Assembly (NCBI GenBank): GCA_951406725.2
Contig: OX597821.1
Location: forward strand, 16,492,001-16,556,000
Direction of reading: 5' to 3'
Length of the DNA stretch: 64,000 nucleotides
DNA from: Octopus vulgaris
Lineage: Eukaryota
How positions within the stretch are numbered: position 1 is the stretch's first letter; each line of letters starts with the position of its first letter. The notes under the pieces are model-generated. The model saw only the letters and a list, made by a program, of their open reading frames with translations. It was not told the origin of the DNA and did no database searches. The translations under genes were made by a program, and so were the position numbers. Positions 1 through 12,254 of the stretch are shown here, in pieces.

Positions 1-59
1 ATATATATTTCACGCACCCAAGACACAATGTATTAACTCTGTTGCTAAGTTAAGTACGC

Positions 60-3000
60 GATAAAACGAGTGAAAAAATTATTATAAATTTGAGTATAAT
101 TAAAATAGAATTTTCGAATGAACAGAAGCAAATAGAATTATTTTAGCGAAGCGACAAATTTCAGACAAATCAAAGATATTGTGGGAAGCCAAAAACAAAA
201 ATAATACTCAAAATATAAAAATTGTTTAAAATCAAATAGTGTAAAGATATAAATAGTAAATCACTACAACAACTGTCTAGGACTAAAACTATATTTGAAA
301 GATGTAACCTCAAATTAAACTTTAATAATTTGGATCATATTCAAAAATATAAATCGCAGCTAATAAGACATTGAATTAAGAATTAAATAAAATGTTACAT
401 TTAAATAACTTTATCAAACTAATTATCTAATGAAACATAATTGCTAAGTATTCAAAGTACTTTTAATAGAAATTTTGTCCTTAATGCCACAACTTTAGAA
501 CCATTATAGTGAGAGAGGAAGGACATTTACTTTGTTCCACAATCTAAAGATTACTACATGTGAACATGAACATGAAAAGAGTTTCACTTTACTTGCCGGA
601 ATTATAAGATGAAATGTAAATGCCTTTCGTGTATGTTTTCTAAGTTTATGTCACTCCTACATAAATCAATGATACGTGTTCATATCTGTCTGTGTAGGAA
701 GGGAGCTTTACATTTAAGTCCCCATTGCATTCCTTGTTAGTTTTGAATCTATGGTTTCTAAGAAAGGTTACATAAATAAAAAAAAGTATTAAGAATTACA
801 GACACATCTAAAACCCGGCATCAACAACCGATTTCAGGAAACGATGACACATAAGGCTATGAATTAAGAAAGTTGCAATGGAAGTTGTGAGAATGCCACG
901 CGGGGGTTGTTCTGACTCTATGATCACTTCATCCATTCTGATGATACACATGCTAAAAATTACCAGCTGTCTACCGCAGCCTGACTTTTAAAGAAACACA
1001 ATTACATGAATGGGAACTTGCTTATCACTCCAAAATAAACGTTACGCAGGACTACACATGTATATACAATGCATGATCAACCTTGATAAACGGAATCCGC
1101 TCTTACATAGAAGTGGGATACTATAATGAACAACGACCGTTATAGATGTGCTAAGAGACATGTATATTGAAGGTTTCGGTTAGGCAAGATTGGTGTAGAC
1201 TTATTTTGCAGCCTACATTTTATAAATGTGCAACTGTCTGTGTGTCTGTATGTATATTTGCTTGAGTGTGCGTATATATGTGGATGGAAACACTCCGTCG
1301 GTTACGACGATGAGGGTTCCGGTTGATCCGAATCAACGGAACAGCCTGCTCGTGAAATTAACCTGTAAGTGGCTGAGCACTCCACAGACACGTGCACCCT
1401 TAACGTAGTTCTCGGGGATATTCAGCATGACACAGAGAGTGACAAGGCCGGCCCCTTGAAATACAGGTACAACAGAAACAGGAAGTAAGAGTGAGAGAAA
1501 GTTGTGGTGAAAGAGTACAGTAGAGATCACCACCATACCCTGCCGGAGCCTCGTGGAGCTTTTAGGTGTTTTCACTCAATAAACACTCACAAGGCCCGGT
1601 CTGGGAATCGAAACCGCGATCCTATGACCGCGAGTCCGCTGCCCTAACCACTGGGCCATTGCGCCTCCGCGTACATATGTAGTCGTATAACCAATGATCT
1701 GGACTTGTTACTAATATTCTATAACAGATGGTGTTCTCACGTCTAAGTGGTTACAGATCAAAGTCACAAAATATGAAGCTGAGAAGTCGATGAAGATATG
1801 CTGCCTCGGTAACGTAAGATTGTTTTTGTTTTTGTTTTGCTACGGAAATTGTCAAAAAGAGGAAATTAAATGTTTGCTGTGTGTTATTTCCTGCATCCAT
1901 CATTACGATACTTTCATAGTCATTAAAACATTCTATTGTTCAATAAATAACGTTAAAGGATTCATAAACGGAACATCATAATGAAGTGCATTCATTCATC
2001 CATGAGAAATATGGCCTCCTGAAACTATGATGCTGAGGATTATTGGTTACCATAATTGTTCAAACTCATCTGGCAATAAGAATGTCAAATATAAATTTGC
2101 AAAAAATTATATCGATTCCTTGCGAGTACATAAGCGAATCAACAGAATAACAATTAATTAATGTACACCCGCTTGCTGGTAAATAAAAGAGAAGTATACC
2201 AAACAAACATTAAAATACCCTCTGCATAATAACAAATATCATCACAAAAGCAACACAATTTTCGACCTGCATATTTGGCTTCAGGAACAAATACCCAACT
2301 TCCTTTCCTACCGGAAATCCTAGTTAATCAGGTTCGATAAGTGCTGGATTTCCATTGTAAGTGTATTATTGACGCCAGTCACTGGGCTATCAGAAGGAGC
2401 ACCATTCTATAAGTTGGCAGCGCAGCTATAAGCAAGCAGTTCTACGGAATCGAGAATAAAGTAGCCTATAAATTCACTCATTTATATATCATATATTTCT
2501 ACATCGACATCTCTCCTTCTGAAAACATAAGGCATTGGTAGACAACTTAATAGAAATGCTAAGAAGTCAATCCTTAAAGAAGAAAACCCACTATTTGTAT
2601 CCGTCTGTAGCTACAACGAGACTAATTCCTTAAGCTTAAAAACACACATCTCATAGTTCGATATGTATAGTGATGATGGCTCGACGAATTCAACTCATAT
2701 AAACGGCCACGCTATAGTTCCATTAAGTAGGAATCATGTCAACATCTTCAAGGATTTGATGTCGCAATAGCTTTTACGCTGTCACCTTCTTGAAAGTCAC
2801 ACTATATTTAAAAACAGGAATGTATTAACCTTACAAAAAAAGAAAAGGGATTTTAGCCTTAGAGACAACAACTGAACTCAGGTCTAATAAGAAACCTTGG
2901 CAGAAATATCAGCACAAGAATTTTCAACTGTCGATGAAGTGAGAGAGATTTTATAGGTACACCCTTCATTATGACGATGTACGATTGAGGACAAGCTTCA

Positions 3001-3200
3001 CAAAGATGAATTAAAACAGAAGGTTTCAATCTACATGCTTTCACTGATGTGGTTACAAGCTTCCTGCTGCTTACTAGATAGCATTTCTCACAAATTCATA
3101 CATATAATAAACTCTTTAATGGTCGTAAATTCAATATTCTCTAGTCGTTGTTTATATAGGAAACGGTTGTAACAGCCCACGTTTCAAGACTGTAATTTCA
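60..3200 (+). mobile_element. Possible highly decayed Penelope-like element (RT + GIY-YIG), interrupted by SINE B
   Basis: Short motif-like peptides in the expected order but different frames: IIINLS (78-95), YLPEL* (590-607, cf. YxLPKxHK), VAM (872-880, cf. G.AMGS), NVKYKF (2081-2098) and CEYISEST (2121-2144, cf. C..YIGET). No ORF survives. Confidence 0.3.
1281..1670 (-). mobile_element. tRNA-derived SINE family B, tail variant 1 (~390 bp)
   Basis: Minus strand begins GGAGGCGCAATGGCCCAGTGGTTAGGGCAGCGGACTCGCGG. A box TGGCCCAGTGG, B box GGTTTCGATTCCC, TCG at the anticodon-like position. Head shared with copies at 5332, 25433 and 43105. Confidence 0.9.
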
Positions 3201-3446
3201 GCAAAAGAATGCACTGGTATTGAAATTCAGATCATTGGTCAGTAATAACCTGCAAACATCATGGTAATCTAAGCTGGATCACATTGAGATTTACTTGCTT
3301 ACACCACAACTTAGAAGATTTGCTTGCCATGTGTGCTTGCAATTTGATTACTTCCTCCGAGATTGTGCTATCATCGTGGCCTGTCACAACTTGACAACCA
3401 TGTTTGATACTCAAATTGATACGCAACGTGTCAATACTAAAGTCAT

Positions 3447-3462
3447 ACATACATACTTTTAC

Positions 3463-3541
<79 letters not shown>
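3447..3541. repeat. Compound (CATA)/(TA)n/(TG)n microsatellite
   Basis: Directly visible. Confidence 0.95.
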
Positions 3542-3542
<1 letters not shown>

Positions 3543-3686
3543 TTAATATAGAGAGTAGTGTGCAATGTTTAACCAAAAGGGAAAACTATAATTGTCTCTA
3601 AATTTGTCTGAGATGATAGAAACGCCTACATTTCTAGAAATAACAGTTAAAATTCTCTAATGCTGAAGTCAAAGCACATAATTGTA

Positions 3687-3724
<38 letters not shown>

Positions 3725-4956
3725 GGGACTATAATCGCCCGAAAACACCGATCGAGGTATATATATATATATCGATTTTCTCATCTTCCCAAAATCTGTG
3801 TAAGTTTAAGGGAAGTAGTTTGAAATGACAAGAAACAAACTGATGGCAGTAATGATAGTGGTGGACCCTGATACTCCAGCAGTGACGTTAGTGCTGATAT
3901 TGGTGATTGGTAGATGAAGAAAGAGAAAGGGAGATGAAACGAGAAAATAAAGATGAAAGACGGTGTGACATCACATTAGACATTCCTTCTGCTGCTCTCT
4001 CTCACTCTCTATTTGTCCCTTTCTGTCTCTGTTTTTTTCTCTTTCTCTCGCACTCCCCATCCATCTCTCTCTCTCTCTCTCTCTACCCCTCACTCTCCAT
4101 CCACCATTTACAAAGCTAACGTTTCCTGTGTTGTCTGAGGCATCACCAATACCATACCAATCAACACTGTTCCCATCCTGCCAGTAATATAACAACAAGA
4201 GTCTTCTCTTGTATATGCCCATCAGCTTTCTCTTGAGCCTCCACGTACGTTTACTAGAGACATTTATTAATATACAAAGTTATTTACTAGTACAGGCTAC
4301 AACGTCTAGAACGAACAGGAATGGTTTAACGTGTGAATATTACTACTTGTTATAGTGTACATTTCCTAAATAGAATTATGTTTTACGTATTTCAAAAGAC
4401 TTGTATATTTCTGTTGTAGCATAATTTCAGTTATCCCCTTAATTCAGTCCATCTGTCGTCATCAAAGCGTTCAACAATATATTGAAGTAAATTGAGTTAC
4501 AAATTTGATTTGTGTTACATTGTATGGTATATATTTGATTCAATTTATAAATGATGGCCTCTTTAAAATTTCTCTCTAGTTTTGATATAAAAGCATAAAA
4601 TAGACATATCCTAAAGTACATTTTTTTAATTACTTCAAATAAATACAATGTTCTTTTTATTAGTTCGACCTATTTTTTACCACAACATTCTTGTATTGTA
4701 TATTATACATGCATATTACTGCTTGTGTAATTGAAGTTTCGCTGTGATGTCATTCATATATTTTAATCTATTATACACAACAAAAGAATTTAAGTTAGAA
4801 TGCCAGATAGATAACTTTTCCATGTGAATATCAGAAATATCATGACTCAGTTATTGAGGATTATATTCTTATTATCTAAATCATCGTAGTACTCAAGGAA
4901 CAATAAATTCACTGACGTATTTAGAAATAAATGTCAGATAATATTACCGACACAGG

Positions 4957-5092
4957 AAGACGGCGAGCTCGCAGAATCGTTACATTTCGTCCATCTTCAC
5001 ATTCAAATTCCACCGAGGTTGACTTTGCCTTTCAACCTTTCGGGGTCGCTATAATAAGTACCAGTTAAGCACTGGATCCGATGCTATCGACA
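4957..5092 (+). mobile_element. SINE family C, internally deleted
   Basis: AAGACGGCGAGCTCGCAGAATCGTT head, then CAAATTCCACCGAGGTTGACTTTGCCTTTC...GGGGTCGCTATAATAAGTACCAG central domain shared with other C copies. Confidence 0.8.
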
Positions 5093-5262
5093 CATACATT
5101 TTCACAAACATGCATTTACGCAAAAATACACACACACAGTTAGTACTTATTCTATCAATCAATTTTTGGCGGAACACTAGCATGCACGCAAGTAGAGAAG
5201 CTAACCCTATTTGTCATGTGGTTTGAGTTGCACAGGCACAGATAATCATATACATACATACG

Positions 5263-5331
<69 letters not shown>

Positions 5332-5334
<3 letters not shown>

Positions 5335-5626
5335 GAGGCGCAATGGCCCAGTGGTTAGGGCAGCGGACTCGCGGTCATAGGATCGCGGTTTCGATTCCCA
5401 GACCGGGCATTGTGAGTATTTATTGAGCGAAAAACACCTAAAAGCTCCACTAGGCTCCAGCAGGGGGTGGTGATCCCTGCTGTACTCTTTCACCACTCTT
5501 TCTCTCTTTCTTCTGTTGGCCTGCTCGCTTAGCCAGCGGGGTGGCGTCATTTAAAGGCTAAAACATTGCGACCGCATTGTGACCAGCGATGTGTAAAACA
5601 TCTGATGGTCTGGTCGGTCACGTGAT

Positions 5627-5634
<8 letters not shown>
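5332..5634 (+). mobile_element. SINE family B, tail variant 2 (~300 bp), inside (TA)n
   Basis: Full tRNA-like head with A and B boxes; 3' half matches 25433-25690; ends in (CACGTGAT)x2; (TA)n on both sides. Confidence 0.92.
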
Positions 5635-5673
<39 letters not shown>

Positions 5674-5706
5674 GTCATGAACACACATGCTTCTATCTCT
5701 CTCTAC

Positions 5707-5748
<42 letters not shown>

Positions 5749-6852
5749 ATGTGTGTGCGTATGTGTTTGTGTTTATATATACTCTCTTGACTGTCACAGA
5801 CATGAAGGGTCTCGAAATAGATTCTACATTGTTTATATGTGAAGTCTTAAAAGTGAACTCTAGAAAGCACTCAGTGTTAAGTGAACTTGTTTATTTATAT
5901 CACACAATCAGATACCGATCAACTGAAATAGAATTAGCATCCTAGATAATACCTCAGGCCTAAGAAGTAACTCCAAATATCGCCTTGAAGAATCACAAGA
6001 AATCTGGAGAATATGACAAGAGGGACAAGAATAAAAAAAATTACGTATATCATTGATGGTTACACCGTACATTACCAACCATCATTTTTAGTGTACCAAA
6101 ATATTTAGATAAGGAAAGATTTATAAAATACTAGCTAAAACAATATATCCGAAAATTTATGCTAAAACAATATTATCAAATTAACCCAATTCAATGTCAA
6201 CTGAGATAGTATGTCTAATAGATGAACACACAGAAAAACAAAAAATTTTTTTCTAAGAAAAATGAGTTGAGTATTTAAAATTATCATGACGTCATTATAT
6301 AATGAAAACATAATGAAAGAATACAAAAATAAATACACCACGACATTTAGTTAGTTTTCTGTTAAAACGAAAAGCAATTATTATCAAGCGTTATTTAGTG
6401 TTGAAATATCTAAATGCTTTACTATATTAGTCGGAATATTACAGGTGGGCTTCCACACATTCTGTGTACCAAGACATTCGCTCACAAGACACTAGTCGAC
6501 CCATGATTACAGTACAATACATCTACTTAAGCGAACCTGAAAATACGTGGCAGCGAAGTGCCATTGTTGACCACACAGTCATGCGAAAATATATATTCTT
6601 ATTTTATCACTGCACATACACCCAAAACTATGGCAAATGGAAATGAAAATGAGGATTCTCAAATAAACGAAACATCAGCTTTAGATGTATAATCGCATAT
6701 TGTTTGCATTTCTTTAGTATTGAATGCACTTTACTTATGTTTTTGAAAGGGAAATAGAGCAGAAAAGAAAGTAAAATCAATACTAAGAGAGATTATTTTC
6801 CTGCACCCAGTTTTGGTTTAACACGATAAAAAGTTTTAAATAATAATAATAA

Positions 6853-7096
6853 TGAGGAGGAGGAGGGCCTGGAGAAGAAGAAGACGATGATGAAGAAGAA
6901 GAAGAAGAAGAAGAAGAAGAATACAATGAAGATGAAGAAGAAGAAGAAGAAGAAGAAGAAGACGAAGACGAAAAAGAAGAAGACGAAGAAGAAGACGATG
7001 AAGACGAAGATGAAGACGAAGACGAAGAAGAAGAAGACGTAGAAGAAGGAGAAGAAGACGAAGACGAAGGCGACGAAGAAGAAGAAGAAGAAGAAA
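6853..7096. repeat. (GAA)n/(GAC)/(GAT) compound trinucleotide repeat
   Basis: Directly visible; source of the poly-F and poly-L ORFs. Confidence 0.95.
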
Positions 7097-7109
7097 CAAC
7101 ATAGGCTGT

Positions 7110-7970
7110 AAATCAAATGAAATCCAAATTAAAACTAGAATAGTAACGGACCATGATAAAACGATGGGTTAATCTAAACGCAAAAGAGACAGACAATACA
7201 AAATCTCAGCAATGGCTGAGAAGCTCAGGACTCAAAGCAGAGTCTGAAAGATTTTAATTGCAACACAAGACCAAATCCTCTCCAACAAAAATTACCAAAA
7301 GCATATAATGAAAAGAAACATAACAAGTAACTGCAGAATATGTGGAGGTGGACAAGAATTTATAAATCATATTGTCTTTGGCTGCCCAGTCCTAGCTAAG
7401 AAGGAATATATTCACAGACACGACAGAGTTGGGATCTACATACACTGGAATCTATGCCAACATTATGGAATAACAACAGAAAAAAGATGGTATAAGCACA
7501 CGCCAGGAAAAGTTACAGAAAATGAGAAAGCAACAATGCTCTGGGATATACGAATACACATAGAGAAATTAAGGCCAATAGGTCAGATATATTTGTCAAA
7601 GTTCACGAAGGACAAAAGATCCTTTCTAGTTTATGTATCAATACCAATAGATGACAACGTTTCTCTAAAAGAAATGAAGAAACTTTCACAATAGAAAGAT
7701 CTGGAAATAGAGGTAACTCGAATGTGGAATTTAGAAACAGAAACAATTCCTATCATAGTGGGCGCATTAGGTATGATAAAAAATATTCAGACAAATTCAT
7801 AACAAAAACACCAGGATTAACAATATATATAACATACAGACAATAGCACTGCACACATCTTACGTAAAATACTTTTAATACAGTAACTATAAGAGCATCA
7901 CGGTAAACCACAGCACATACCCAAGGCGAACAGAGCCTTGAAAGCACGTTATAAAATTGAAATAAAACTA

Positions 7971-7974
<4 letters not shown>
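7110..7974 (+). mobile_element. 3' fragment of an R4/Dong-type non-LTR retrotransposon (CCHC knuckle + restriction-like endonuclease), frameshifted
   Basis: QQWLRSSGLKAESE, IATQDQ, CRICGGGQEFINHIVFGC, YIHRHDRVG..IHWNLC, VSIPIDDNVSLKE and terminal TAHILRKIL; followed by a short 3' UTR and an (AAT)n tail. Confidence 0.88.

Positions 7975-8046
<72 letters not shown>
7975..8046. repeat. (AAT)n, tail or target of the upstream element
   Basis: About 24 perfect units. Confidence 0.95.
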
Positions 8047-8423
8047 TGGCTGACGATATGTGCATCTCTGATCACGAGCAGAAGTAGTGGGGGAGCATCA
8101 TAGCCATGTGTTGAGAGGGATTCTTTGGGGTTTGAATAGTTCACCTCTGGAAACATGGGTGGTTCTTTCAACATCCTTAAGCAACCCTTATTCAGGGACC
8201 GTTTGAGCGGGATGGGCTACTCAACCTGAAGAAAATTCTAACTGGGCCCCACCTGCAAGGTCATGTGCTGTTTATCTTGATATGAGATCACCATGTCGCG
8301 CACATATGGTTGTGATGCATGTGCCTGGTGTACCTTTATCAGACGGGTAGTCATGATGGGTATATTGGGCTTCGTATATTTTACCCCAGTGTCACTTTGA
8401 TGGCATGAACTGCTCTCTCACTC
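8047..8423 (+). mobile_element. Non-coding interspersed repeat inserted in (AAT)n; probable 3' UTR or non-autonomous derivative of an (AAT)n-targeting LINE
   Basis: ~380 bp relatively GC-rich block bounded precisely by (AAT)n on both sides, ending ...CTCTCTCACTC(AAT)n; no tRNA boxes seen. Confidence 0.6.
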
Positions 8424-8450
8424 AATAATAATAATAATAATAATAATAAT

Positions 8451-8790
8451 ATAGATATTGAAATACCTGGGGATATACGCATAAGTGACAACGAACTAGG
8501 AAAGCTTGAAAAATACAAGCTGCTAAAAGAGGAAATTGCCAGAATGTGGTCAATGAGGAGAGTGTCTGTCATTCCAGCAACCAAGTTCGAGAAATATATC
8601 ACAGAAATCAGAATTGACTTGAGAGTGGTGCAGGCCCGAAAAACTGCCCTCCTAGGTACAGCTAGGATTTTGAGATTGGTACTTGAATGTTGTATGTCTT
8701 CCAACGCTAATTATCAACGAAATATCGAAGCTTATATTGTGCGGAAAGAAACCCTGTGAGACCTCTAACAGCAGGTTGCTGTCCGCGGAT
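8451..8790 (+). mobile_element. Second, diverged R4/Dong-type endonuclease C-terminus
   Basis: Open frame 8451-8759: IDIEIPGDIRISDNELGKLEKYKLLKEEIARMW...KTALLGTARILRLVL (IDxxxP, E..K..KY..L and GTARILR motifs). Confidence 0.85.
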
Positions 8791-8819
8791 CTTTTCAATT
8801 CTGAAGCCAGTTTTTTCAA

Positions 8820-9645
8820 ATTTTTCCTACTGAACCAAACAATTTGAAACTTCGTATACTGGTAGAATGTGTCAAAAGTAAACTTAATTGTAAACCAGAA
8901 TGAAAACGGAATTGTAACTTCTAAGTTTAACGTTGTTTAATAATTAGAATTTTAACCGAGGATATTCCGTCATTCGGCTTTATTTTATTTACTCCGTCTC
9001 GACCACCAATTTGGTGACGTATTAAACATCTTAAATGTAAATAAACCGCATGTTTCCGTGAAATCTCCTTCTAATTATTTAACGTACTCATGTTTCCAGG
9101 ATCCTATAGTCAGTCACCTTCTAATAACAATATTTAAAACTAGTTAATAAGCCACATGTATTAAATTGAAAATGTTTCCATTCTGTTAGTACTTGCTTTC
9201 GTTTGCTATTAAGAAGTGGCATCTCAATGACGAGGCTTCTAACAAGATTTCGTTTCTAAGCTAATGCGTTTCATTTCACTTATTGTATTTATTTGTGCAA
9301 AAGGCAAGAAATTTAATATTAAAAAAGCAAAGAGCTGGCAGAAACGTTAGCACGCCGGGCGAAATGAGTAGCCGTATTTCGTCTGCCGTTACGTTCTGTG
9401 TTTGTTTACAGTTTTCAAACGAACGTTAGTACGTCACAAAAGCGCTTTCTACGTCACACTAATAGAATGCAGTCAAGTTTTACACATGAAAACAAACAAT
9501 CTGATTGGTTAAAATTCGCAGTTTTAATCTACGATTAAAGTCATAAAATAGATTTTTCTCAAATAAACTAGTTCCAACCTGTGTCTTGTTTTGCTAGACT
9601 CTATCAGCATACGAAGTTTCAGATTATTTAGTTAAGTAGAAAGAT
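8820..9645. mobile_element. Old foldback or MITE-like element with ~50-bp imperfect inverted repeats
   Basis: CTACTGAACCAAACAATTTGAAACTTCGTATACTGGTAGA (~8827-8866) matches the reverse complement of ~9600-9640 (CTACTTAACTAAATAATCTGAAACTTCGTATGCTGATAGA). Confidence 0.55.
9327..9401 (+). mobile_element. SINE family C 5' fragment
   Basis: GAGCTGGCAGAAACGTTAGCACGCCGGGCGAAATG...TTACGTTCTG. Confidence 0.8.
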
Positions 9646-10023
9646 CTGTGGTCCTGGCTTCAAAAATGAAAAGATCTCTGTCCGCTCTCACGAAATCTAC
9701 TAGAACAAACAAAACCAAACGTTCTGAGAAGTAAAACGACAACAACAACAACAACAATAATAATGAGGGTAACAAGAACAAAGTAATTATTGTTGTTGTT
9801 ATTATTACTATTATTATTATTATTGTCATCATCACACTCACTGAAGACTAGTATCTTTTGAAATTAAGCATTTAGAAAAATGGTCTTAGATTATATCCGT
9901 ATAAATTGAGTAGAGCACATGCATAAATATATCGTCACATAATTAGAGATAAATTCTTACGTACAAGCACACACATAGAAGTATATGTACATGAGTGTGT
10001 ATTTATGCATGCATGTACATAGT

Positions 10024-10062
<39 letters not shown>

Positions 10063-10099
10063 GTATATATATGTATGTGTGCGAGTGAGTGTGTATACG

Positions 10100-10132
<33 letters not shown>

Positions 10133-10725
10133 TGTGTATATGTGTGGGCGTGTAATTGCGTGTGAGTGTAGGTGTAGAATTATCTACATGTCGCATATAT
10201 GCGTGTGGCATATATGTCTTCAGATAGTTTCATTGTTAATATATTTATCAATACGTTTTACAGTACATAACGATGGCTTAATAAACTTACAGCTTCGCTA
10301 ATTTCGCAATGAAGTTGCTAAAGTTTTACTTCAGCACAAGGCTCCATTCATTACATGAAATAAACTAGAACGCCGTATGATTATTAGCTTCTCATTCAAT
10401 ATTGCTAATGAGGCAAAGTGATATTTCGTTTTTCAATTTTTGCGGTTGGAAAGAGACTTGAATAACCAAAAATCTCAATATGGTAGGATGGAAATTTGTC
10501 TGAGATTTCTCTACAGTAATACTAATAATATGGCAGAATACGCTATTCGCTTAAAATTTATAAGATTAATGTTTAAAGATAGAAACTGATGTCTATAAGT
10601 ACACATATTTGCAGAATCCCATTTTGCCTAATTGCTTTTTCAGCATATATATATATATATATATATATATTGGAGATGTACTCGCATAGCAAGTAATTTG
10701 ATCTGAGATCGTGTGCTGAAACGAA

Positions 10726-11660
10726 AACAATTGCAGCGTGGAAGGTGTTTATAAGCCATTTAAGAAAGTAACAGTTAGTTCGTCATATATATGTACGTAT
10801 GTATGTGTGTATGTATGCATACATGTGTGTATGTAAGTACGTATGCATGTACGTACATACGCCTGTGTATGCATGCATGTACACACTGACACGTCTGCCC
10901 ATTCTCCTAGACACTCACATACATACGTAGCACATGAATACAAACATACATACATACCTACGTATGGGCATACACACGTACATACGCACGTACATGTACT
11001 CACACACATACATGGGCACATGCATACGAGCGCGGATACATACATACGCACATGCGTACGTATGTACATACACACATACATACGCACATACATACATACA
11101 TACATACATACATACGCACATACATACATACATACATACATACATACGCACAATAGTAAAACAATAGTTCTGTGATATAGAGATAAAGATCTGATAATAG
11201 ATTTTAGGATATAGTTTTGGGAGTAAGCATCGTAAATCACTCTCTAGCTTCGGCCGTAGGAAGTTGAAATTTGATAGCTTTGTGATGAGTGGTCACTCTA
11301 CATCCATCCATCGCTACAGGTTTATAGCTTTGTTTTATAGAGTGTATGTGCGTGCATATACACACACATACATATATACATACATACATACATACATACA
11401 TACATACACAAGCGTATGTACGTACATGCATACGTACTTAAATACACACATGTATGCATACATACACACATACATACGTACATATATATGACGAACTAAC
11501 TGTTACTTTCTTAGATGCAGCACGGACTTTGTAAGTGAACAGGTCGCGGATTTTAGCGACGAAAATATTTTGACGAATTAAACTTAAATGATGAAGTGAA
11601 TCAAACGGCTTTTGTGTGTTTCTTAAATGGCTTATAAACACCTTCCACGCTGCAATTGTT
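10726..11660. repeat. Inverted duplication (arms 10726-10871 and 11403-11660)
   Basis: Left arm AACAATTGCAGCGTGGAAGGTGTTTATAAGCCATTTAAGAAAGTAACAGTTAGTTCGTCATATATATG... is the reverse complement of the right arm, except for an extra 112 bp in the right arm. Confidence 0.9.
11528..11577 (+). ncRNA. Putative minimal hammerhead-ribozyme motif, G3-C8 core variant
   Basis: Stem I TTTGTAA/TGACGAA (6 of 7 pairs), core GTGAACA, stem II GTCGC-N8-GCGAC, GAAA, palindromic ATAT loop, UU at the cleavage position. Confidence 0.5.
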
Positions 11661-11683
11661 ATATATATATACATATATATATA

Positions 11684-12075
11684 GGCGCAGGAGTGGCTGT
11701 GTGGTAAGTAGCTTGCTTACCAACCACATGGTTCCAGGTTCAGTCCCACTGCGTGGCATCTTGGGCAGGTGTCTTCTGCTATAGCCTCGGGCCGATCAAT
11801 GGCGGAAGCTGAAAGAAGCCTGTCGTATATATGTATATATATATATATATGTATTTGTGTGTATGTTTGCGTGTCTGTGTTTGTCCCCCTAGCATTGCTT
11901 GACAACCGATGCTGGTGTGTTTACGTCCTCGTCACTTAGCGGTTCGGCAAAAGACACCGATAGAATAAGTACTGGTCTTACAAAGAATAAGTCCCGGGGT
12001 CGATTTGCTCGACTGAAGGCGGTGCTCCAGCATGGCCACAGTCAAATGAATGAAACAAGTGAAAGAGTAAAGAGT
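11684..12075 (+). mobile_element. SINE family A (tRNA head + internal microsatellite + (AAAAGAGT)n-type tail)
   Basis: GGCGCAGGAGTGGCTGTGTGGTAAG A box, GGTTCAGTCCC B box; small internal deletion relative to the 33350 copy. Confidence 0.92.
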
Positions 12076-12118
12076 ATATATATATATATATATATATGTC
12101 TGTGTGTGTGTGTGTATT

Positions 12119-12187
<69 letters not shown>

Positions 12188-12254
12188 ATATATTTATACA
12201 TATATAGGTGTTAGTAACCTACTCATAAATTTCAAAACATTTTCAAATACTTTA

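Noticed and set aside
5332-5405. tRNA-Arg(TCG) gene
   Set aside because: A and B boxes are present, but the acceptor and anticodon stems are imperfect and the sequence continues into a repeated SINE body; it is a SINE head.
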